Of a DNA stretch of 64,000 nucleotides, positions 43,955 to 53,587 are shown in pieces (the stretch's first letter is position 1; each line of letters starts with the position of its first letter). The stretch covers positions 12,749 to 76,748 of the forward strand of contig RFHH01000164.1 of assembly GCA_003696075.1 (NCBI GenBank). The letters are read 5' to 3'. The position numbers were made by a program, and so were the translations under genes. Below the pieces are notes generated by a model, which worked only from the letters and a program-made list of their open reading frames with translations, was not told where the DNA came from and searched no databases. The DNA is from Acidobacteriota bacterium. Its GTDB lineage: Bacteria; Acidobacteriota; Polarisedimenticolia; J045.

Positions 43955-44991
43955 CGGGCCGGGCGTCCGATCCACTGCGCCTCGCATTGATCGGCGCGGG
44001 GCGGATCGGTTCGGCGTACGCCGCGGCGGCTGCGGGCCTGAGGGAAGTGCGCCTCGTGGCGGTCGCCGACGTCGATCCCAGGCGAGCGGCGGCGGTGGCG
44101 GACATCTGCGGGGCGGAGCCGCGATCCGACTGGCGCGACGCGCTGGGGTCCGGGGCGGAAGCGGTGCTCATCTGCACGCCCCCCTGCTGGCATGCCGAGC
44201 AGGCGATGGCCGCAGCGGAACGAGGGCTGCATGTCCTGTGCGAAAAGCCTCTCGCGCTGAACGTTCGCGAGGCCATGGAGATGATCGACACCGCGCGCCG
44301 GCGCGGTGTTCTGCTCACCATGGCCTCGAAGTTCCGCTACGTCGACGACATTCCGAAAGCCAGGGCGCTGATCGACAGCGGTGAGATCGGTGACGTGGTG
44401 CTGCTCGAGAACTCCTTCACCTCGCGCCTCGACCTCACCGGCCGCTGGAACGCCGATCCCGCGATCAGCGGTGGTGGTGTCCTCATCGACAACGGAACCC
44501 ACTCGGTGGACATCGTCCGGTGCCTGCTGGGACCGATCGAAGCCGTCCGCGCGGTCGTGATCTCCCTCACCGCCCCCGGCGGGGTGGAGGACACGGTGCA
44601 CATGTTCGCGCGGTGCGCCGCCGGCCCGATGGCGAGCGTCCACTTGTCGTGGCGATTCGACCGGCGCTCCCGGTCGTATCTCGACATCTACGGTTCCGCA
44701 GGGGTCGTGCGCGTCGGCTGGCGCGGCTCCTGGTACCGCCGGGACAGGGACGAGAAGTGGATCCGGTTCGGCCGTGGCTACGACAAGATCCGCGCGCTGC
44801 GGAAGCAGCTCGCGGGATTCGCTCGCGCCGTGCGCGGCCGGGAACCGCTGGCCGTCTCGGACCAGGACGCCCTCGCTTCGGTCGAGGTGATCGCCGCCGC
44901 CTACCGCGCCGTCCGGTCGGGTGGCTGGGAAGCGGTCGGGAGCCAGGGAGCGACGGTCTCGGCCGCTCCTTCCCCGGAATCGGGCCGATGA
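43951..44991 (+). CDS. Gfo/Idh/MocA-family NAD(P)-dependent sugar oxidoreductase (WbpB-like)
   Basis: A Rossmann N-terminus (LRLALIGAGRIGSAYA) and the motif EKPLAL are present. ATGA overlap. Confidence 0.75.
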   Translation: MTGRASDPLRLALIGAGRIGSAYAAAAAGLREVRLVAVADVDPRRAAAVADICGAEPRSDWRDALGSGAEAVLICTPPCWHAEQAMAAAERGLHVLCEKPLALNVREAMEMIDTARRRGVLLTMASKFRYVDDIPKARALIDSGEIGDVVLLENSFTSRLDLTGRWNADPAISGGGVLIDNGTHSVDIVRCLLGPIEAVRAVVISLTAPGGVEDTVHMFARCAAGPMASVHLSWRFDRRSRSYLDIYGSAGVVRVGWRGSWYRRDRDEKWIRFGRGYDKIRALRKQLAGFARAVRGREPLAVSDQDALASVEVIAAAYRAVRSGGWEAVGSQGATVSAAPSPESGR

Positions 44992-45608
44992 GCGTCTTCA
45001 TCCATCCCACCGCGATCGTCGAGGACGGCGTGGAAATCGGCGACGGCACCTCCGTGTGGAGCCATGTTCACGTGCGGGGGCCGAGCCGGATCGGGCGGGA
45101 ATGCATCATCGGGGAAAAGAGCTACATCGCTTACGGTGTCGAGATCGGCGACCGGGTGAAGATCAACGCGTTCGTCTACATCTGCACGGCCGTCACGATC
45201 GAATCCGGAGTCATGGTCAGCGCCGGGACCATCTTCACCAACGACCGGAACCCGCGGGCCGCCACCCCGGATCTTTCCCGGTTGCTCCCTTCGGAACCGA
45301 ACGAGGAGACGCTGCCGACCCGCGTGCGCGCCGGCGCCACCATCGGCGCCGGCGCGGTCATCGGCTGCGGTCTGGAGATCGGCGAGTTCGCGATGGTCGG
45401 TATGGGCTCTGTGGTGACGAAGAGCGTGGCCCCCCACTCGCTGGTCTTTGGAAACCCCGCGCGCCCGGCCGGCCTGGTCTGCGCCTGCGGCAAGGTGCTG
45501 GTGCGCTTTCCCCGGCCGGGGGAAGCGGGCGCGCCGGAACAGCTTCGCTGCGGCGCCTGCGGCCGCCGGTACGCTTTCGACGGAAGCGGGCTGCGCGGGA
45601 TCGGATGA
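44988..45608 (+). CDS. Hexapeptide-repeat (left-handed beta-helix) N-acetyltransferase (WbpD-like) with a C-terminal 4-Cys zinc-ribbon-like tail
   Basis: Hexapeptide repeats (IHPTAIVEDGVEIGDGTSVW...) are followed by the tail CACGKVLVRF...CGACGRRY. ATGA overlap. Confidence 0.75.
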   Translation: MSVFIHPTAIVEDGVEIGDGTSVWSHVHVRGPSRIGRECIIGEKSYIAYGVEIGDRVKINAFVYICTAVTIESGVMVSAGTIFTNDRNPRAATPDLSRLLPSEPNEETLPTRVRAGATIGAGAVIGCGLEIGEFAMVGMGSVVTKSVAPHSLVFGNPARPAGLVCACGKVLVRFPRPGEAGAPEQLRCGACGRRYAFDGSGLRGIG

Positions 45609-46939
45609 GCGGAGCGGAACGGAGCCCGGCCGTGCCCGCCGGCGGCACGGCGGTCGTGGGGGGCGGCATGCTCGGCATCGGGGCCGCTCTCCTGCTCGCG
45701 GAGGCGGGGCGCCGCGTCACCCTGTTCGAGCGCGCCGACTGCCTGGGCGGCCTTGCCGCCGCCTGGTCGCTCGGACCCGTCCGGTGGGACAGGCACTACC
45801 ACGTGATCCTCGAATCGGACGAAGAGACGCTCGGACTCCTGGAGAAGCTCGACCTGGCCGGTCGGGTGGTCTGGAGCCGTCCGGGAACGGGCTGCTTCGC
45901 CGGGGGGCGCCTCTTCCCGGTCACCTCCGCCGCCGACATGCTGCGCCTTCCGGCGCTCGGCCTCGTCGACAAGTTCCGTTTGGGGCTGACCGTGCTCCGG
46001 GCCGCGCACGGCGGACGCCGTGGCCTCGACGAGATGACGGCGGAGCGCTGGCTGGTGCGTTGGTCGGGCAAGCGCGCCTACACGGCGTTCTGGAAGCCGC
46101 TTCTCGTGGCCAAGCTCGGGGCCTCGCATGGCCGAGCCTCCGCCGCGTTCATCCAGGCCACGATCCGGCGCCTGTACACCGCCCGCCGCGGCGCTTCGAA
46201 GCGCGAGAGGTTCGGTTACGTGCGCGGGGGCTACGCGGTGGTGCTCGACCGGGCCGAGCGGGCGCTTCGAGACCGCGGCTGCACGCTGCGGCTCGGCGCC
46301 GGCGTGAGCAGCATCGTCCGCGAGGGTTCGCGCGTCGCGGTGGCCGTGGGGGATCGCGTCGACCTCTTCGACGACGTGATCCTCACCCTGCCCCCTCCCA
46401 TCGCCGCCCGGCTGTGCCCGCAGCTCGACCACGACACCCGGAAGAAGCTGGAGTCGATCGAGTACATCGGGGTGATCTGTGCTTCTCTGCTGCTGGACCG
46501 CGCGCTGAGCGGTTACTACGTCACCAACGTGCTCGACGAGGGGCTGCCGTTCACCGCCGTCATCGAGATGACCGCCTGCGTGGATCCGGGCGACCTCCGA
46601 GGCCGCCACCTGATCTACCTCCCCCGCTACGCGCCATGGGACGATCCGTTCTGGGACCTGGACGACTCCGCCATCCGGGAAAGCCTGCTCGCGGGGCTCG
46701 AGCGGGTGCACCCCGGGCTGGGAGGTGCGCGCATCGAGGCCTTCCGCGTCTCGCGGCAGCGCTTCGTGTTGCCGCTCCCCGCCCCGGGCCTCGCCCGGCG
46801 CGTTCCCGGCATCGAGCCGGCGATCCCGGGGATCTGGATGCTGAGCTCCGCGCAGATCCGCGACGGAACGCCGAACGTGAACGACACCCTCCGCCTGGCG
46901 CGCCAGGGCGTGGCGGCCCTGCTCGGGGCAGTCTCGTGA
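45605..46939 (+). CDS. FAD/NAD(P)-binding oxidoreductase (amine-oxidase / PPO-like fold)
   Basis: An N-terminal dinucleotide-binding motif (AVVGGGMLGIGAALLLAEAGRRVTLFER) is present. ATGA overlap. Confidence 0.65.
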   Translation: MSGAERSPAVPAGGTAVVGGGMLGIGAALLLAEAGRRVTLFERADCLGGLAAAWSLGPVRWDRHYHVILESDEETLGLLEKLDLAGRVVWSRPGTGCFAGGRLFPVTSAADMLRLPALGLVDKFRLGLTVLRAAHGGRRGLDEMTAERWLVRWSGKRAYTAFWKPLLVAKLGASHGRASAAFIQATIRRLYTARRGASKRERFGYVRGGYAVVLDRAERALRDRGCTLRLGAGVSSIVREGSRVAVAVGDRVDLFDDVILTLPPPIAARLCPQLDHDTRKKLESIEYIGVICASLLLDRALSGYYVTNVLDEGLPFTAVIEMTACVDPGDLRGRHLIYLPRYAPWDDPFWDLDDSAIRESLLAGLERVHPGLGGARIEAFRVSRQRFVLPLPAPGLARRVPGIEPAIPGIWMLSSAQIRDGTPNVNDTLRLARQGVAALLGAVS

Positions 46940-46953
46940 AGGAGGGGCAGGCC

Positions 46954-47946
46954 GTGACCGCGCGGGCGAACCGGATGCCGGCGACCTTGTCGCTGGACCT
47001 CGACAACGAGTGGTCCTACCTCCGCGTCCGCGGCGATGCCCGATGGCGCTCGCATCCGTCCTACATTCCGCGGCTGATCGACCTCGTTCTGCCGATCCTC
47101 GACCGGCTGAACGTTTCGATCACGTTCTTTGTCGTGGGCCGGGACGCGGAGATCGACGCCCACCGGGCAGCGCTCGAGGAGGTGGCGCGCCGCGGACACG
47201 AGATCGGGAATCACTCGCACGAGCACGAGCCTTGGCTCCACCTCTACGCCGAGAAGGATCTCGCGGCGGAGATCGAGCGGTCCACGGCGGCGCTTCGAAA
47301 CGCCACGGGGCGCAGCCCGGTGGGCTTCCGGGGCCCCGGCTTCAGCGTCAGCCCCGCCGTGCTCCATGTCCTGTCGCGGGCCGGCTACGTCTACGACGCC
47401 TCGACGCTACCGACCTTCATCGGCCCGCTGGCGCGACTGTACTACCTGCGGACGGCGCCGGTCGCAGGGGAGGAGCGGGCCAAGCGCGCCCGGCTCTTCG
47501 GGCGATTCTCCGACGGATGGCGGCCCCTGCGGCCCTACCGGTGGCGGCTCGGGCCCCGGACGATCCTCGAGTTGCCGGTCACCACGGTGCCGCTGCTCCG
47601 CATCCCCTTCCACGTGAGCTATCTGCTTTTCCTGGCGCGGCGGTCTCACCTCGTGGCGACCCTCTACTTCCGCTTCGCGCTCCGTCTCTGCCGCATCCGA
47701 CGGGTCTCCCCCTCACTGCTGCTCCATCCCCTGGATTTCCTCGGAGGCGACGAGGTGCCCTCGCTCCGCTTTTTCCCCGCGATGGACCTGCCCGGCGACC
47801 GGAAACGGCAGTGGGTCTCGGCCTGGCTCGACGCCTACGTCCGCGACTTCGATGTGCTGCCCCTTGGCCGGTTCGCCGAAGAGCTCTCCGGGGCCGAGCT
47901 GCCGGAGTTTCCGCCCGGCTCAACCGCCTCGCCGCCGATCTCGTAG
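46954..47946 (+). CDS. Polysaccharide deacetylase (NodB-homology domain)
   Basis: The motifs LSLDLDNEW...ITFFVVGRD...GHEIGNHSHEHE are present. A GTG at 46954 follows AAGGAGGGG; the alternative GTG at 46936 overlaps the upstream stop. Confidence 0.7.
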   Translation: MTARANRMPATLSLDLDNEWSYLRVRGDARWRSHPSYIPRLIDLVLPILDRLNVSITFFVVGRDAEIDAHRAALEEVARRGHEIGNHSHEHEPWLHLYAEKDLAAEIERSTAALRNATGRSPVGFRGPGFSVSPAVLHVLSRAGYVYDASTLPTFIGPLARLYYLRTAPVAGEERAKRARLFGRFSDGWRPLRPYRWRLGPRTILELPVTTVPLLRIPFHVSYLLFLARRSHLVATLYFRFALRLCRIRRVSPSLLLHPLDFLGGDEVPSLRFFPAMDLPGDRKRQWVSAWLDAYVRDFDVLPLGRFAEELSGAELPEFPPGSTASPPIS

Positions 47947-49413
47947 ACGCACCACTCGCCGAACGCCGCGAGTTTCCGCAGCGGCAGCTCCGCGTCGATG
48001 ACGACGTGCGTGGCACCGTACCGGCGCGCCGCCTCGCGCACCGCGCCGGCGGTCAGCCGCCGGTAGCGCTCGGCCAGTTCCTCCTCTCCGGTTCCGCGAC
48101 CCACGGGCCCGAGCAGCAGATCGCAGCGCTCGCGCCATTCCCGGAACGAGGTGTAGGGGTGATAGACGCGGCTGGCCACGATGGCGCGCCGCGAGACGGA
48201 CCAGTTGCCCCGGAACCAGGGCGGCGCCACCAGAACCGCGTCCTCCGGAAGGCGGTCGCGGCACCAGCCCAGGGCCCGTTCGAGATCGGTCGGCGCCCGG
48301 AACCAGCTCGTCAGAGCCGGTCTGGCGGCGTCGGCGAGCCCGAACAGAGGACTGGGCACAGCGGCGAGCGCGGCGATCAGGAACGCTCTGAGGGCCATGC
48401 CCGCCTGCCGCCATCCCCCCTCCGCCGCCCATGCGCAGGCCCCGAGGAAGAAGAACAGCGGCGTCAGCAGGGGGAAGAGGCGGAACGGAAAGGTGGCCAG
48501 GAAGCGGTCGAAGCCCGCGACCCGGGCGACGCACCCCGCGGCAAAGACGGACGCGGCGGCCGCTTGCCACACGGTGGCGGCGCGCCAGAGGGGGCGCTCC
48601 CACAGTTGCGATCGGGCGACGAGGACGTTCACCGCGAACAGCACGCCGAGGAGGACGAGGCGCCTCACCGGCCAGGTCGCCGGGTCGAGGTGCTCGGGCA
48701 TCTTGACGAGCGCCATGTAGCGCCACTCCTCCGCCGACGTCACCCCCCCGGGCGCGAGAAGCAGCGGGAGGATCCCGACGGCAGCCGGGACGGCGAACAG
48801 CGCCGCCGCCGCTGCGGCGCGGCGGGCGGACGGGGGCCGCCGCAGCGCCGGTAGGAGGGTGATCGCCCCCCATCCTCCCACCGAGGGATGAAGGGCGGTG
48901 GCGAGGCCCGCCCACAGCCCGGCCTTCTCCACGGCGCTCCGGCTCACCGCCCGGAGCGACAAGAAAAGGGCCGCGTAAGCGAACGTCTTCGCCTCGAAGG
49001 TCTTGAGCATCCAGCTCCGGGCCACGATCGACTGGCCCGAGCCGAGCCACAGCGCCAGGGCAAGAGCGGCCAGCGGCGCGGTGAGCCCAGCCTCGCGCGC
49101 GACGACGAGGAGGACCGCGAGTCCGCCAATCCATCCGGCGAGACGCCCCATCGCGCCGAAGGTCTCGATGTCGAACGGGATGCTCAGCGGACCGGCGATG
49201 TGATTGAACAACCAGTGCTCGGGTGCCGGCTGGCGGAGCGTCCAGTCGTTCGCGAGGAAGTCCGGGTGCCCGAGGCGGTAGAGCCGGATCAGGTAGAAGT
49301 TCTCGTTACCCCACGGGACCGCGCCTCCGTGCTGGAGGCCGGTCAGGACGAGAAGGACGGCGAGCGCGGCCATCCAATGGTGCCGGCGTCCCGGCGTGCG
49401 CTTGTCGTCCATG
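47835..49413 (-). CDS. Polytopic membrane protein, possible GT-C-fold glycosyltransferase / polymerase
   Basis: The ATG at 49411-49413 follows GGAGGGAGGG. The protein has many transmembrane helices and a C-terminal soluble domain. The 3' end overlaps the convergent deacetylase by about 110 nt. Confidence 0.5.
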
Positions 49414-49444
49414 CCCTCCCTCCGCTTCGCGGCGTTCCGGCCCG

Positions 49445-50629
49445 TCAACCGCGCGCCGCACTCCGCGGCCTCCAGAACTCCCTCCCGAGAACGAGATCGC
49501 GATGCCGGCGCAGCACGTGGGCCATCCAGTCTACGTCCTCGTCGCGCAGATCCTGGTGCACGGGAAGCTCGACCACCGTCCGGCGCCACAGGTCCACCTG
49601 AGCGAAACGGCCCGGGGGGCAGGCCGGGTGATGGCGAGACCAGAACGAGATCGTCTCGATGCCGGCCTCGGCCAGGCGCGCCCGCAGCGCCGCCCGGTCG
49701 CGCGCGAGCACCGGGTAGGAGAGCGGGCAGGTCCCCTCGCCGAGCGGGGCGAGCGGACTGGGGGCCGCCTCGCCGGCCAGCTCGTGCAGCCGGAGGAAAT
49801 TTCGCCGCCGGCGGCTCACGATCTCCGCCCGGCGGGCGGCACGCGCCAGCCGCGCCACCCACGGGGAGACGCCGAGATCGAGCATCTCAGGATCGAGCTC
49901 CTCGGTGTCGACCCCGACCACCTCCGCTCTTCCGAGGCGCTTGAGCAGGCGGGCCGTGCGGGTGGCCAGGTCGGCGGCTCCCCGCCGGAGCCTCCCCCCG
50001 CCGAGCCGCGCGGCGTCGAGCAGGCGATGCAGCGTGAACGCGGCGGTGGAGAGTCGATCGGGCCTGCGGGCCGGCCCGGGAGGGGCGTCGCCGCCGCGGT
50101 TCCAGCGGAGCATCCCCCCGTGCGGGACCGGAAGCGTCTTGTAGAGGCAGAAAATCGCGAAGTCGCCGAAGGAGCCGAGCGGCCGCCCCCCCTCCTCGCC
50201 GTAAAGCGACAGCGCGCAGTCCTCGATCAGCGGGACACCCGCCTCGTCGCACAGGCGCCGGATCTCGGCGATCGGCTGCGGACGTCCCAGGTAGTGGGTG
50301 ACATACACCGCGGCGGGCCCTGCCGCGATCCGCCGGTGGAGCTCCTCGGGATCGGCGCGCAGGTCGGGACGAATGGGATAGAAGTCGAAGCGAACGCCCA
50401 GAACCCTGAGAACCTCGACCTCGATGCCGTGATGATAGGCCGGCATGAGAACCGTGCTGCCCGGACCGAGGCCCAACGCGCGCGCCCCTGCCCACAGCGC
50501 GTTGCGGGCCATGTAGTAGAAGCGCGATCGAGGATCGTCGAACGGCGGATCCGGAGCAGCCGGCTCCCTGGGGAGAACGTCGCCTGGGCGCAGCACCGGG
50601 TCGAACGTCACGTAGCGCGGCTTCGCCAT
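49445..50629 (-). CDS. DegT/DnrJ/EryC1-like PLP-dependent aminotransferase-fold protein
   Basis: The motifs MPAYHHGIEVEV and IEDCALSLYG are present. The start was chosen at MAKPRYVTF. Confidence 0.6.
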   Translation of the reverse strand: MAKPRYVTFDPVLRPGDVLPREPAAPDPPFDDPRSRFYYMARNALWAGARALGLGPGSTVLMPAYHHGIEVEVLRVLGVRFDFYPIRPDLRADPEELHRRIAAGPAAVYVTHYLGRPQPIAEIRRLCDEAGVPLIEDCALSLYGEEGGRPLGSFGDFAIFCLYKTLPVPHGGMLRWNRGGDAPPGPARRPDRLSTAAFTLHRLLDAARLGGGRLRRGAADLATRTARLLKRLGRAEVVGVDTEELDPEMLDLGVSPWVARLARAARRAEIVSRRRRNFLRLHELAGEAAPSPLAPLGEGTCPLSYPVLARDRAALRARLAEAGIETISFWSRHHPACPPGRFAQVDLWRRTVVELPVHQDLRDEDVDWMAHVLRRHRDLVLGREFWRPRSAARG

Positions 50630-51750
50630 CTCGCCGTCCAACGCTTGAGCCGCGGCACCGCGCCGAACTTCACCGCCTCGTGGAGCCGGCCCGCCGCCGT
50701 CGGAAGATAGAGGTACACCCAATAGACATCCCGGAGGGCCGGACGCCATTCCTGCTTGGCGGGCGTGACGTCGCCGAGAAAGTCGAACTCGCTCAGCCCT
50801 CTCCGGAAGGCGTCCCGGAGCAGTTCCTGCCACAGCAGCTGGCCCGGAGAATACCGCGCCATCTCCGGCGCGTACCCGATCTTCAGGCAGTACTCGCGGC
50901 CTTCGACTTCCAGGTTGAGATTGAACGCGATGCGGCGGCCCCCGGCGGTGAGGAAGCTGAGCCGCAGCCATCCGAGTTCGGCGGCGCGCGCGCACCACTC
51001 GGCGTAGAACGACGCCAGCTCCGGCCGGCAGCGGATCGCGCTGCCGCGGCGCCCCTTCCAGCCGGCCGCCTCGATCTCGAGAGCGTCGCCGAGAGCGCCC
51101 GCCAGCCGCTCTCCTCCCGTGACCGTTTCCACGGCGACTTCACCTTCCCGCTTCTCGAGGTTCCGGCGGCGCCGCCGAAGGTTGGCGCGGAACTTGGTGC
51201 GAAGACCCGCCTCGTAGGCCTCCCAGTCCCCTTCGATCCGGACGTAGGGAGACGGTACGGCCTTCCAGAGCCGGAACCGGCCGCCCGCCGCCTGCCAGCC
51301 CTCCAGCCAGGGGCGCAGACTCCGCGCGTCTCCCGGGACGAGCTCGAGGACGGCGGCGTCGCCGCGGTGGCGCAGCCACCGGAACAACGCCTCTCCGGCC
51401 TCCCCTGCGCGTTTCGGATCCACGAGCGGGGTGAACCGGTACGAGTGGTGGTTCGTCAGGGAGCGCCACAAGCGGGCGCGCGCCAGGCGCGCCGCGCCCG
51501 GGGGAACCACCAGCGGAAGGCCGAGCGCCGGCTCTCCGGCCGCGCGCAGCAGGAGCACCGCCGTGCGTCCTTCCGGTCCGAAGTGTTTCCAGAAGATCGA
51601 GACCCAGGAATGGCTGGCGAACGGATCGGCTGCGCCCACCGCGCGCCGTAACGCCTCCCATTCGGCCGCGCAGGCGTCGAAACGGCCGCGGTCCGCGATC
51701 GGCTCGACCTCGCAGTTCGCCGCGGCCGCCCGGCCCGCGGGCTCCGGCAT
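50608..51750 (-). CDS. FemAB-family / CelD-like (Acetyltransf_6) acyltransferase, second copy
   Basis: The protein is paralogous in architecture to 29513-30622 (ELGWLRLSFLTAGGRRIAFNLNLEVEGREYCLKIGYAPEMARYSPGQLL). Confidence 0.65.
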   Translation of the reverse strand: MPEPAGRAAAANCEVEPIADRGRFDACAAEWEALRRAVGAADPFASHSWVSIFWKHFGPEGRTAVLLLRAAGEPALGLPLVVPPGAARLARARLWRSLTNHHSYRFTPLVDPKRAGEAGEALFRWLRHRGDAAVLELVPGDARSLRPWLEGWQAAGGRFRLWKAVPSPYVRIEGDWEAYEAGLRTKFRANLRRRRRNLEKREGEVAVETVTGGERLAGALGDALEIEAAGWKGRRGSAIRCRPELASFYAEWCARAAELGWLRLSFLTAGGRRIAFNLNLEVEGREYCLKIGYAPEMARYSPGQLLWQELLRDAFRRGLSEFDFLGDVTPAKQEWRPALRDVYWVYLYLPTAAGRLHEAVKFGAVPRLKRWTARWRSRAT

Positions 51751-51832
51751 GATGTCCGCTCCCCTCGGCTCCGGCGCGCGCCGCACGCGCGTCGCGATCG
51801 CGCCCCGGGTTCCATAGTAACTTAGGCGCCAC

Positions 51833-53587
51833 GTGAGAGAAGACGAGCGCCACCGCCGGCCGACCGCGCCGCCGCCCGCCGGGGCCGGTTCCGCCTCCGC
51901 CCTCGCGGCGCGCGCGCTGCCGCCGCTGATCCTGTTGCTCGGACTGGCCCTTCACGGCATCGGGGTGCTCCAGCCGCTCGACCAGCCGCACTGGCGAACG
52001 ATCGACGACGCGGCGATCGCCCGGAACTTCGCCCGGGAGGGGCTCGACCCGGCGTTCCCGCGGGTCGACTGGCGGGGAGAGGGACCGGGCTTCGTCGAGA
52101 TGGAGTTCCCGTTCCTTCCGTGGGCGCTGGGCGTCGCGCACCGTGTCGCGGGCGTGCCGCTCCGGTGGGGACGCCTGCTGGCCTTTCTCGCCACGTGCGC
52201 GGCTGCCCTGATCTTCGACGCGCTGGCACGGCGGCGCCTGCCGCCGGCGGGCCGCGCGGTGGCGTTGGCCGCCTTCGTCCTCAATCCCACCCTCGCCGGC
52301 GTGTCGAACGAGATCCAGCCGGACGCGCTGATGCTCGCGCTGGCGCTCGGCGCCATCCTGAGCTTCGAGGCGTGGCTGTCGGCCCGGAGCGGCCGGCTGT
52401 GGCCGGCGTCGCTCCTCGCCGCTCTGGCCGTGCTGGCGAAGGCGCCGGCCGCTCTGATCCTGCCGGTCGTCGCCGTCCGCTCGCTCCGCCACCAGGGAGG
52501 GTGGCGCAAAGGCTTGTCGGGCGCCGCTCGCGTGAGCCTGGCCGCCGCGCTTCCCGCGGCCGTCTGGTACGGCCACGCCCACGGACTCTGGCTCCGTTAT
52601 GGGAACTCGCTCGGCTTGAGCGACGAGTCTCACTGGATCGGTGTCGACATGCTCGGGCATCCCGGCTTCTTGGCCGACATCGCGAAGCTCGAGTTCGCCG
52701 CGGTGATCCTGCCCGGCGGCGCGCTCCTCCTCCTGCTGGCGATCGCCGCCCGGTGGCGGGGCCGCGGATGCGACCTGGAGGTGGCCTGGCTCGGCGCGGC
52801 CTACCTGTTCTACCTCGCAGCAGGACGGACCACCGGGGACGCCTGGGCAGCCTACTACCACCTCGCCAGCCTCCCTCCGACAGCGCTCATGGTCGGTGCC
52901 GCCGCCCAGTTCCTCCTGGAGGCGGGGCGCGGGCGCGCTCTCCTTTTCGCCGCCCCGGCCGCCGCGATCGGAGGGGCGGCGTGGGGCCTCGCGCGCTCCG
53001 CCGACTCCGGCCTTTCTCCGCCGGCGCTCGTCTCGGCGGCCGCCGCCGGGGCCGCGGCGGGTGCGCTCGCCGCGGCGTTCCTCCTGCTCCCGGGGCGCGC
53101 GTCCGGTTCGCGCCGCACGGTGCTCGCGGCCCTCGGAGCCCTGGCTGCGACGGTCCTGGTTCTCGACGGGGCGAGGCGGAGCTGGTGGCACGACCGCCCG
53201 CGGCCTCCCCACGCTCTCCACGAGTGCGCACGATCCTTCGCGCCGCTCCTCGATGGCGCCCGCCGGATCGTCGCCAGCGGCGGCGACTGCCGCGACCCCA
53301 CGGGACGCCCGGTCGCCTACCACAAGCCCTACATGTTCTTCTGGACCGGGACCACGGGCTTTTCCGTCTGCCGCCAGGAGCTGGGATCGGTCGACGTGTC
53401 GAGGTTCCTCGCGGCGGGAGCCCGCTGGATGATCGTCGAGGTGCAGGACCTCGACGCCGCTCCTGGCGGGTGGCGGCTCGTCGAGCGTCACCGCGTGCGC
53501 GCGCGGTGCCCGGAGGCCTTCCTGATCGACCTGAGCGAGGAGCCGGTCACGCCGGCGAACGGAGCGAGTGGCGGGCGAGGAGGGTGA
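51833..53587 (+). CDS. GT-C-fold membrane glycosyltransferase (ArnT/PMT-like, GT39/GT83-like)
   Basis: The polytopic N-terminal half has the loop-1 motif FAREGLDPAFPRVDW typical of ArnT/PMT families. The start is GTG. Confidence 0.6.
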   Translation: MREDERHRRPTAPPPAGAGSASALAARALPPLILLLGLALHGIGVLQPLDQPHWRTIDDAAIARNFAREGLDPAFPRVDWRGEGPGFVEMEFPFLPWALGVAHRVAGVPLRWGRLLAFLATCAAALIFDALARRRLPPAGRAVALAAFVLNPTLAGVSNEIQPDALMLALALGAILSFEAWLSARSGRLWPASLLAALAVLAKAPAALILPVVAVRSLRHQGGWRKGLSGAARVSLAAALPAAVWYGHAHGLWLRYGNSLGLSDESHWIGVDMLGHPGFLADIAKLEFAAVILPGGALLLLLAIAARWRGRGCDLEVAWLGAAYLFYLAAGRTTGDAWAAYYHLASLPPTALMVGAAAQFLLEAGRGRALLFAAPAAAIGGAAWGLARSADSGLSPPALVSAAAAGAAAGALAAAFLLLPGRASGSRRTVLAALGALAATVLVLDGARRSWWHDRPRPPHALHECARSFAPLLDGARRIVASGGDCRDPTGRPVAYHKPYMFFWTGTTGFSVCRQELGSVDVSRFLAAGARWMIVEVQDLDAAPGGWRLVERHRVRARCPEAFLIDLSEEPVTPANGASGGRGG

